Source of the DNA: Candidatus Margulisiibacteriota bacterium
GTDB taxonomy: Bacteria > Margulisbacteria > WOR-1 > O2-12-FULL-45-9
Length of the DNA: 14,364 nucleotides
Direction of reading: 5' to 3'
Assembly (NCBI GenBank): GCA_034723395.1
Contig: JAYEOW010000027.1
Span: 1-14,364, forward strand
The notes under the pieces are model-generated. The model did no database searches. It was given only the letters and a program-made list of their open reading frames with translations, and was not told the DNA's origin. Numbering within the stretch: the stretch's first letter is position 1; each line of letters starts with the position of its first letter. Shown piece by piece: positions 6,796-14,364 of this stretch. The translations under genes were made by a program, and so were the position numbers.

Positions 6796-9700
6796 TTGCC
6801 ACTGGCCAATAAAGAAGAAAAAGATTTTAGCATGCTTCGGATCGGGCTTGCTTCACCGGAAAAAATATTAAGCTGGTCTTATGGTGAAGTTGAGAAACCT
6901 GAAACGATTAATTACCGGACCTTTAAGCCGGAGCGGAGAGGGCTCTTTTGTGAAAAGATCTTCGGACCGGTAAAAGATTGGGAATGTCACTGCGGTAAAT
7001 ATCGCCGGGTACGCTATCGGGGGATTGTTTGTGAACGCTGCGGAGTTGAAGTTACAACTTCAAGGGTCAGGCGCGAGCGGATGGGGCATATTAAGTTGGT
7101 TGAACCGGTTGCTCATATCTGGTTCCTGCGCGGGATCCCTGGATATATGAGCTTGCTATTAAATGTTACTACTCGATCGCTTGAAGAGGTTATTTATTAT
7201 GATGCATTTATCGTCACCGAGATAAAAGGAGAGATAAAGCGGATGAAAGTCGGCCAGATCCTGCGTGAGGCTGATTATCAGGAAGCGCTCGAAAAGCATG
7301 GTAATAAATTTAAGGCTGAGACCGGAGCCCGCGGAGTAAGAGAGATGCTGTCGCGAATTGACTTTGGCCAGATGGTAAGCAAACTTCACCGTGATCTCAA
7401 GACAGCGACCGGGCAAAAGAGGATGAAGATCATTAAAAGGCTGCGCGTTGTCGAGGCTTTCCACCGCTCAAGCAACCGACCTGAGTGGATGGTAGTCGAT
7501 TATCTGCCGGTCATTCCTCCAGATTTGCGGCCGATGGTCCAGCTTGAAGGGGGACGCTTTGCGACTTCCGACCTGAATGATCTTTATCGCCGGGTGCTAA
7601 ACCGGAACAATCGATTAAAAAAGATGATCAATATGGGCGCTCCGGACATGATCATCCGCAACGAAAAGCGGATGCTCCAGGAATCGGTCGATGTTCTGAT
7701 CGACAACGGGCGCCGCAAACGAGCGGTTACCGGTTCAACTGGCAGGCCTTTAAAGTCGCTAACCGATGTTATTGAAGGGAAGCAGGGTCGTTTTCGGCAA
7801 AACCTGCTTGGTAAGCGCGCCGATTATTCCGGCCGATCAGTTATCGTTGTTGGTCCAAGCTTAAAACTTCACCAATGCGGGTTGCCTAAAGGGATGGCGC
7901 TCGAACTATTTAAGCCATTTGTTATCCGTAAATTGCTCGATCGCGGATCGGCGCAAAATGTTAAATCAGCCAAACGGATGATCGAACGCAAGGAGATCAT
8001 CGTCTGGGATATTCTCGAAGAGGTTATTAAGGGGCATCCGGTGCTCTTAAACCGAGCTCCAACTCTACACCGATTAGGGATCCAAGCTTTCGAACCAGTG
8101 CTGGTCGAGGGTAAAGCGATCCAGATCCATCCATTGGTTTGTCCAGCTTTCAATGCGGATTTCGATGGCGACCAGATGGCGGTCCACGTTCCGCTTCTTT
8201 TTGAGGCACAGGTAGAATCAAGGATTTTAATGCTTGCCTCGAACAACGTCCTCTCTCCTGCCTCCGGGCGGCCAATTATTACTCCGACCCAGGATATGGT
8301 TTTGGGGACCTATTATTTGACCGTCGATAATGAGGCTGCGTTACAGGGGAAGGGGATGATCTTTGCCAATGACTGGGAAGCGATGGTTGCCAACGATCTG
8401 GGAGAGATCCATCTCCAGTCCGAGATCTCGGTCCGGCATAATGGCGAGATGCTTAAGACGACGGTTGGAAGAATAAAATTCAACTATACCCTTAACCGGG
8501 TATTAAGGAAAAGGGGCATCGCCAAAGAATATAAATTCATTAACAAGGTCTTAAACAAAAAAGAGCTGGAGAAGTTGATCTCCGACTGTTATAACCGTTA
8601 CGGAAGCGCGATTACCGCTCAGATCGCGGATGAGATCAAGCGCCTCGGCTTTAAATACGGGACCCTGGCGGGAGTTTCGATCGCGCTCGAAGATATGCAG
8701 GTCCCGAAAAAGAAAAAAGAGATTGTTGAAAAGGCGAATAAACAGGTTGCCGATCTTGAGCGTCATTTCCGGGCGGGAACCCTCTCCGGCAAAGAAAAAT
8801 TTATAAGGTCGCTGGATATTTGGAGCGGAGTTACCGAAAAAGTGACCAAGAGCATGCTGGGGGAATTAAACAAACTAAATTCTGTATATATGATGGCTTT
8901 CTCCGGCGCGCGAGGGAATATCCAACAGGTCCGTCAGCTTGCCGGGATCCGCGGGTTGATGGCCGATCCATCGGGAAACATTATCGATATACCGATCAAG
9001 GCGAACTTTAAAGAGGGATTAAATGTTACCGAATATTTTATCTCTTCTTACGGCGCGCGAAAGGGATTGGTTGATACTGCGCTAAGGACAGCGGATTCGG
9101 GTTATCTGACCCGCCGGCTGGTCGATGTTGCGCAGGACGTCATGGTTACCGAAGAAGATTGCGGGACCAAGGAAGGGATCGTCCTTTCTACCCTGCGCGA
9201 AGGATACGAAGAGGTTATTCCGCTTTGGCAAAGATTGGTCTATCGTATCCCTACGAAAAATGTTTCGGACCCGCTTTCCGGTGAATTGATCGCCAAGGCG
9301 GGGGAGATGCTCGACCAGGCGACCGCTAAAAAGATATATGAATCCGGGGTCGAGAAAGTTGATGTCCGCTCGGTGCTTACTTGCAGGACCAAGCGCGGCC
9401 TTTGCCAGAAATGTTACGGTCTCGATCTTTCGAGCCTGCGCCAAACCAATGTTGGCGAAGCGGTCGGGATCATTGCTGCCCAGTCGATCGGTGAGCCGGG
9501 AACCCAGCTTACGATGAGGACCTTCCATATTGGAGGGGTTGCCTTGCACAAAGGGGCCGGAGTATCGGTTAAGACCAAGCATGGCGGAACGATCCATTTT
9601 GCGGATGGCATCGAGATCAAGGCGATTACCGATGAGATGGGTGAAAAACAAAAGTTAATAACCCGCAGCACCACCATATATGTAAAGATAAAGGATAAAA

Positions 9701-10953
9701 AAGAAGAGTATCCATTACCGGTAGGGGCAACCTTAAAGGTAAAAGAAGGGCAGAAGGTAGGCGCTGGTGAAACTATCGCCCTTTACGACCCGACTTATGA
9801 ATATGTTATTTCAAGTTCAGCCGGCAAGCTGATGTTTATCGACCTTGAAACATCCTCAAAACGCGGCGAACTCGTAGCCAAAAAAGACGGCCAGGTATTT
9901 GTTTACAGTCCCAAGGTTACCAAGGAGTATAAAGTCCCGAGTAAGGCCAAACTTTTTGTAAAAGTTGGCGATCGGGTGAAGAGTGATGATGAGATCGCGG
10001 CTGGAGTAGTTTGTAAATCTTCCGGAGTAGTGATCGAAGCGAAAAAAGATTATATCATTGTCGCGCCGGGTGAAAATTTTATGATCATCGCTGGATCAAG
10101 GATCTTTATCGGAGATGGCGAAAAGGTTGATAGTTATGATGTTATCGCCCGGGTAGAGTCGATCCGCCGTGATCCGAGCAAGACCCGCGATATTATTCAA
10201 GGTCTGCCGAAGGTTGAGGAGCTTTTTGAAGCGCGCCGGCCAAAAAATTCTGCGATCCTGGCCGAAATTGACGGAACGATCGAAGTAAAAGAGAGCGAAG
10301 GGGCCCGTGCCGTAACTGTGATCGGGGACAAAGATGAGCGGAAGGAATATCTGGTACCCTACGAAACACGGTTAAGAGTTATTACCAATGATAAGGTTGA
10401 AAAAGGGTTCCAATTGACCGAAGGGACGGTTAGCCCGCACGATGTGTTGAGAATTTTAGGGGTTAACTCAGTTCAATCTTTCTTGGTAGAAGAAGTATTA
10501 AAGCTTTATAGGTCTCAGGGAGTCACGATTGCTGATAAACATGTCGAAGTGATAGTTCGTCAAATGACCAAAAAGGTCAGAGTGGTCGAGCCGGGGAAGA
10601 CCACCCTTTTACCGGGAGAGTTAATTGAGAAGAACCGGTTAGAAGAGCTCAACGGAAAGGGTAAGGGTGACATAGCGACCGCAACCGAAGTCCTTTTGGG
10701 TATTACCAAAGCATCGCTGGCTACCGAAAGCTTTATCTCAGCCGCCTCTTTCCAGGAGACGGCCCGGGTATTAACTGATGCGGCAATCAATGGAAAGACC
10801 GATGATATGTATGGTTTAAAAGAGAACGTAATCATTGGTAAATTAATCCCTGCTGGCACCGGTTTTTCTGAATACCGGTTCCTCGAGTTGGTCCCAACGG
10901 TTGGGATCATGAGCCAGATGGAAGAACATTCGAAAGTTAAGGAGAAAGAATAG
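6796..10953 (+). CDS. rpoC: DNA-directed RNA polymerase subunit beta' (unsplit, 1385 aa, TTG start)
   Basis: Catalytic NADFDGD (8152-8172), Zn motifs CHCGKY...CERC and DCGT...TC...LCQKCYG, and trigger loop [13 protein letters not shown]...DIIQGLP. The TTG start is supported by SD-like AAGGAAGGTG (6781-6790) and by the conserved [13 protein letters not shown] extending upstream of the first ATG. Confidence 0.99.
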   Translation: MPLANKEEKDFSMLRIGLASPEKILSWSYGEVEKPETINYRTFKPERRGLFCEKIFGPVKDWECHCGKYRRVRYRGIVCERCGVEVTTSRVRRERMGHIKLVEPVAHIWFLRGIPGYMSLLLNVTTRSLEEVIYYDAFIVTEIKGEIKRMKVGQILREADYQEALEKHGNKFKAETGARGVREMLSRIDFGQMVSKLHRDLKTATGQKRMKIIKRLRVVEAFHRSSNRPEWMVVDYLPVIPPDLRPMVQLEGGRFATSDLNDLYRRVLNRNNRLKKMINMGAPDMIIRNEKRMLQESVDVLIDNGRRKRAVTGSTGRPLKSLTDVIEGKQGRFRQNLLGKRADYSGRSVIVVGPSLKLHQCGLPKGMALELFKPFVIRKLLDRGSAQNVKSAKRMIERKEIIVWDILEEVIKGHPVLLNRAPTLHRLGIQAFEPVLVEGKAIQIHPLVCPAFNADFDGDQMAVHVPLLFEAQVESRILMLASNNVLSPASGRPIITPTQDMVLGTYYLTVDNEAALQGKGMIFANDWEAMVANDLGEIHLQSEISVRHNGEMLKTTVGRIKFNYTLNRVLRKRGIAKEYKFINKVLNKKELEKLISDCYNRYGSAITAQIADEIKRLGFKYGTLAGVSIALEDMQVPKKKKEIVEKANKQVADLERHFRAGTLSGKEKFIRSLDIWSGVTEKVTKSMLGELNKLNSVYMMAFSGARGNIQQVRQLAGIRGLMADPSGNIIDIPIKANFKEGLNVTEYFISSYGARKGLVDTALRTADSGYLTRRLVDVAQDVMVTEEDCGTKEGIVLSTLREGYEEVIPLWQRLVYRIPTKNVSDPLSGELIAKAGEMLDQATAKKIYESGVEKVDVRSVLTCRTKRGLCQKCYGLDLSSLRQTNVGEAVGIIAAQSIGEPGTQLTMRTFHIGGVALHKGAGVSVKTKHGGTIHFADGIEIKAITDEMGEKQKLITRSTTIYVKIKDKKEEYPLPVGATLKVKEGQKVGAGETIALYDPTYEYVISSSAGKLMFIDLETSSKRGELVAKKDGQVFVYSPKVTKEYKVPSKAKLFVKVGDRVKSDDEIAAGVVCKSSGVVIEAKKDYIIVAPGENFMIIAGSRIFIGDGEKVDSYDVIARVESIRRDPSKTRDIIQGLPKVEELFEARRPKNSAILAEIDGTIEVKESEGARAVTVIGDKDERKEYLVPYETRLRVITNDKVEKGFQLTEGTVSPHDVLRILGVNSVQSFLVEEVLKLYRSQGVTIADKHVEVIVRQMTKKVRVVEPGKTTLLPGELIEKNRLEELNGKGKGDIATATEVLLGITKASLATESFISAASFQETARVLTDAAINGKTDDMYGLKENVIIGKLIPAGTGFSEYRFLELVPTVGIMSQMEEHSKVKEKE

Positions 10954-11349
10954 ATGCCAACAATTAACCAGTTGATTAAAAAGGGGAGAACGAAAAAGAA
11001 AGATAAAAAGAGGACCCCGGCTTTGAAGGGGGCGCCATTGCGCCGCGGGGTATGTACCAGAGTATATACTACTACCCCAAAGAAGCCGAATTCTGCGCTG
11101 CGCAAAGTTGCCAGAGTAAGATTGACTACCGGGATCGAAGTTAGCGCTTATATCCCGGGGATCGGCCATAATTTGCAGGAGCACTCAGTGGTATTAGTTC
11201 GCGGCGGACGTGTAAAAGATCTTCCGGGAGTTCGTTATCACATCGTAAGGGGTTCCTTTGATACCACCGGGGTAGAAGGAAGAGAGCAGAGCCGGTCGAA
11301 GTATGGAGCTAAACGTCAAAAATCAAAAGGGGGGAAAGCCGGTGCCTAG
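10954..11349 (+). CDS. rpsL: 30S ribosomal protein S12
   Basis: [26 protein letters not shown] and [13 protein letters not shown] motifs. The ATG immediately follows the rpoC TAG. Confidence 0.99.
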   Translation: MPTINQLIKKGRTKKKDKKRTPALKGAPLRRGVCTRVYTTTPKKPNSALRKVARVRLTTGIEVSAYIPGIGHNLQEHSVVLVRGGRVKDLPGVRYHIVRGSFDTTGVEGREQSRSKYGAKRQKSKGGKAGA

Positions 11350-11812
11350 ATGCGGAAAAGTTGTAAAAAAAGATATTCCTCCTGATCCAGTTTACGATAG
11401 TGTGGTGTTGCAAAAGTTTATCAATAAGCTGGTATTAAAAGGGAAAAAATCGAAAGCGGAAACTATCGTTTACCGCGCGCTTGAACTGGTTAAAGAAAAG
11501 ACCAAGCAGGAGCCGATGGAGGTCTTTAATAAAGCGATCGATAACATTACCCCATTAGTCGATGTGAAAGCGCGCCGCGTAGGCGGCGCTACATATCAGG
11601 TTCCGGTCGAAGTTTCCAGGGTTCGCGGCCAGGCCTTAGCGATGTCATGGATCAGAGAAGTTTCCCGGAACCGAAAAGGAAAGTCAATGGCTGATAATCT
11701 TGCTGCCGAACTGATAGAGGCGAGCAAGGGCGAGGGTGGAGCGATCAGGAAAAAAGATGACAAGCATAAAACGGCGGAAGCCAATAAGGCTTTTGCCCAT
11801 TTTAGGTGGTAA
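11342..11812 (+). CDS. rpsG: 30S ribosomal protein S7
   Basis: GTG 11342 gives [15 protein letters not shown], 156 aa, with [14 protein letters not shown] and [14 protein letters not shown]-rich SD lies upstream. Overlaps the end of rpsL by 8 nt. Confidence 0.97.
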   Translation: MPRCGKVVKKDIPPDPVYDSVVLQKFINKLVLKGKKSKAETIVYRALELVKEKTKQEPMEVFNKAIDNITPLVDVKARRVGGATYQVPVEVSRVRGQALAMSWIREVSRNRKGKSMADNLAAELIEASKGEGGAIRKKDDKHKTAEANKAFAHFRW

Positions 11813-11820
11813 ATTAGAAA

Positions 11821-13899
11821 ATGGCCAGAGAGTATCCAATAGATAAATACAGGAATATGGGTTTTGCGGCGCATATCGATGCGGGCAAGACTACTACGAC
11901 CGAACGCGTCCTTTTCTATAGTGGAAGGCTGCATAAGATCGGCGAAGTTCACGATGGGAACGCGACCATGGACTGGATGGAGCAGGAGAAAGAGCGCGGG
12001 ATCACGATCACTTCTGCCGCCACCACTACCTTCTGGAAGGATCATCGGATAAATATTATCGATACTCCCGGCCACGTGGATTTTACGGTCGAAGTCGAAA
12101 GGTCGCTGCGCGTTTTAGACGGGGTCGTAGTTATCTTTTGCGCGGTAGGGGGAGTTCAGCCGCAGTCGGAAACAGTCTGGCGGCAGGCGACCCGCTACGA
12201 AGTTCCGCGGATCGCTTTTGTAAATAAGATGGATCGGGTCGGCTCCGATTTTTATCGGGTTGCCGAACAGATTAGGGAGCGATTGATGGCCAATCCGGTA
12301 CTGCTTCAGTTGCCGATCGGGGCGGAAGATAATTTCCAGGGGATGGTCGATCTGGTCGAGATGGATGCGATCGTTTACGGTGATGATCTGGGGATGGAAT
12401 TTTCTCGCAAACCGATCCCGGATGACCTAAAAGCCAAAGCCGAAGAGTATCATGAAAAAGTAGTGGAAGCGGCGGCAGAAACCGATGACAAACTATTAGA
12501 AAAATATTTAGGCGGGGAAAAGCTGAGCAAGGAAGAGATAAAGAAGGGGATCAGGAACGCGACGATTGCGGCCAAGATTATCCCGGTGATCTGTGGCTCC
12601 TCCTTTAAAAATCGCGGGGTACAGCCGATGCTGGATATAATCATTGATTATCTCCCTTCACCAATCGACAAGAAGGCTGTGGTCGGATTTAGCCCAAAAA
12701 GCGGGGAAGAGGTGATCAGAAAGGCGGATGATAAAGAACCATTCTCCGCGCTTGCTTTCAAGATCATGTCTGATCCTTATGTCGGACGATTGACCTATTT
12801 CCGGGCATATTCGGGAGTTTTAAAATCTGGTTCTTATATTTATAATTCGGTTAAAGAGAAGAAGGAGCGGGTCGGGCGAATCCTGCAGATGCATGCCAAT
12901 AAGCGGGAAGAGATTCCGGAGATTCATGCCGGAGATATCGCCGCGGCAGTCGGATTGAAATTTACCTCAACCGGAGATACCCTTTCTGACCCGGATAAGC
13001 AGATAGTATTAGAAGCGATCCAGTTCCCGGAGCCGGTTATTTTTGTTGCGATCGAGCCAAAGACCAAAGCGGACCAGGAAAAGCTCGGAATTGCATTAGC
13101 TAAACTTGCCGAAGAAGATCCTACCTTTAGGATCAAATCTGATCAAGAGACCGGCCAGACGATTATTTCAGGAATGGGCGAGCTTCATCTGGAGATTATT
13201 GTTGACCGATTGTTAAGAGAATTTAGAGTAGAGGCAAATGTGGGTAAACCGCAGGTTGCCTATCGGGAGACAATCCGCGGGAAAGCCGAAGTCGAAGGTA
13301 AATTCATCCGGCAAACCGGCGGACGCGGCCAATTCGGACATGTTTGGATCAATATCGAACCGGCCGAAGTTGGTAAGGGTTTTGAGTTTGAAAATAAGAT
13401 CGTCGGGGGATCGATTCCTAAGGAGTATATCCCGGCGGTAGAGTCCGGGATTAAAGAAGCAATGGTGACCGGAGTTATTGCCGGATATCCGGTGATCGAC
13501 ATTAAAGTTTCGCTGTTCGACGGATCTTATCACGAAGTCGATTCGTCGGAAATCGCATTTAAGATTGCCGGTTCGATGGCCTTTAAAAGCGGAGTATTAA
13601 AAAGCAGACCGGTCCTGCTTGAACCTTTAATGAAGGTTGAAGTAATTGTTCCCGAACAGTATATGGGAGAGGTAATGGGAGATCTAAACAGCCGCCGCGG
13701 AAGGATTGAGGGGATGGAAGCCCATAAGGGGGCCCAAACAATCAAGGCCAAGGTCCCGCTTTCGATGATGTTTGGGTATGCAACCGGGCTTCGCTCCCTA
13801 ACGCAGGGGCGTGGGACTTACAGCATGGAATTTTCAGAATATAACGAAGTTCCAAAAAATATCGCAGAAGGAATAATTGAAAAGGTACAGGGGAAATAA
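11821..13899 (+). CDS. fusA: Elongation factor G
   Basis: [49 protein letters not shown] and LRSLTQGRG motifs; 692 aa. Confidence 0.99.
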   Translation: MAREYPIDKYRNMGFAAHIDAGKTTTTERVLFYSGRLHKIGEVHDGNATMDWMEQEKERGITITSAATTTFWKDHRINIIDTPGHVDFTVEVERSLRVLDGVVVIFCAVGGVQPQSETVWRQATRYEVPRIAFVNKMDRVGSDFYRVAEQIRERLMANPVLLQLPIGAEDNFQGMVDLVEMDAIVYGDDLGMEFSRKPIPDDLKAKAEEYHEKVVEAAAETDDKLLEKYLGGEKLSKEEIKKGIRNATIAAKIIPVICGSSFKNRGVQPMLDIIIDYLPSPIDKKAVVGFSPKSGEEVIRKADDKEPFSALAFKIMSDPYVGRLTYFRAYSGVLKSGSYIYNSVKEKKERVGRILQMHANKREEIPEIHAGDIAAAVGLKFTSTGDTLSDPDKQIVLEAIQFPEPVIFVAIEPKTKADQEKLGIALAKLAEEDPTFRIKSDQETGQTIISGMGELHLEIIVDRLLREFRVEANVGKPQVAYRETIRGKAEVEGKFIRQTGGRGQFGHVWINIEPAEVGKGFEFENKIVGGSIPKEYIPAVESGIKEAMVTGVIAGYPVIDIKVSLFDGSYHEVDSSEIAFKIAGSMAFKSGVLKSRPVLLEPLMKVEVIVPEQYMGEVMGDLNSRRGRIEGMEAHKGAQTIKAKVPLSMMFGYATGLRSLTQGRGTYSMEFSEYNEVPKNIAEGIIEKVQGK

Positions 13900-13902
13900 A
13901 AT

Positions 13903-14217
13903 ATGGCAAAAAGACAAAGAATTAGAATCAGATTAAAAAGTTACGATAACCGGGTCCTGGATCAGTCGGCAGCCAAAATTGTTGATACGGCAAAACGGGC
14001 AGGTTCGTATGTGTCGGGCCCGGTCCCTCTGCCTACCGAAAAACAGATTTACTGCGTGTTGCGTTCGCCGCACGTTGATAAGAAATCACGGGAGCATTTT
14101 GAGATCCGGACCCACAAACGGCTGATCGATATTCTCGATCCTCCGCCGCAGACGGTAGACGCGCTGATGCAGCTCGATCTCCCCTCCGGCGTGGATGTTG
14201 AGATAAAGATGGGATGA
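13903..14217 (+). CDS. rpsJ: 30S ribosomal protein S10 (NusE)
   Basis: [44 protein letters not shown] and [12 protein letters not shown] motifs. Confidence 0.99.
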   Translation: MAKRQRIRIRLKSYDNRVLDQSAAKIVDTAKRAGSYVSGPVPLPTEKQIYCVLRSPHVDKKSREHFEIRTHKRLIDILDPPPQTVDALMQLDLPSGVDVEIKMG

Positions 14218-14221
14218 TAAA

Positions 14222-14364
14222 ATGGATAATATATTAGCGAAAAAATTAGGAATGACCCAGATATTTGATGAAGCGGGCAATGTAGTGCCGGTTACAGTGC
14301 TGGAGGCTGGCCCTTGTGTTGTTACCCAGGTGAAAACTAATGAGAACGATGGCTACAGCGCGAT
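14222..14364 (+). CDS. rplC: 50S ribosomal protein L3 (3'-truncated by window edge)
   Basis: Manual translation [47 protein letters not shown]... contains the L3 motifs KLGMTQ, PVTV and DGY; follows rpsJ. Absent from the ORF track. Confidence 0.98.
   Translation, partial: MDNILAKKLGMTQIFDEAGNVVPVTVLEAGPCVVTQVKTNENDGYSA

Noticed and set aside
9544..10188. RpoC insertion as an intein or intron
   Set aside because: No Cys/Ser...His-Asn splice junctions or LAGLIDADG motifs are evident and the frame is open. Position and repeats match SI3.
11060..11240. Possible streptomycin-resistance changes in S12
   Set aside because: PKKPNSA and RVKDLPG are wild-type.
11303..11341. Upstream ATG start for rpsG (169 aa)
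   Set aside because: It lies deep inside rpsL. GTG 11342 gives the canonical MPR... N-terminus, the canonical 156-aa length and an SD.
671..14280. Numerous minus-strand and alternate-frame ORFs (e.g. 1852-2487, 9082-9651, 10560-11105, 11596-12075)
   Set aside because: All lie over conserved essential genes and have no recognisable domains. They are typical shadow ORFs caused by codon bias.

Overview
Core transcription/translation cluster of a bacterium, entirely on the + strand. The 3' end of an ISL3-family insertion sequence (1-125) abuts a sigma70-type promoter (135-164). This is followed by rpmG-trnW-secE-nusG-rplK-rplA-rplJ-rplL-rpoB-rpoC-rpsL-rpsG-fusA-rpsJ-rplC (partial). The genes are packed with almost no intergenic space, and tuf is absent from both of its usual positions. 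RpoB, RpoC and S10 carry cyanobacteria-like motifs, yet rpoC is a single unsplit gene with a ~215-aa trigger-loop insertion containing three SBHM-like repeats. This suggests a non-photosynthetic relative of Cyanobacteria (Margulisbacteria/WOR-1-like; inference from remembered motifs, not a search). GATC is about 3-fold over-represented by hand count. I found no novel multi-gene accessory system; the interest lies in RNA polymerase evolution, operon regulation and sequence composition.
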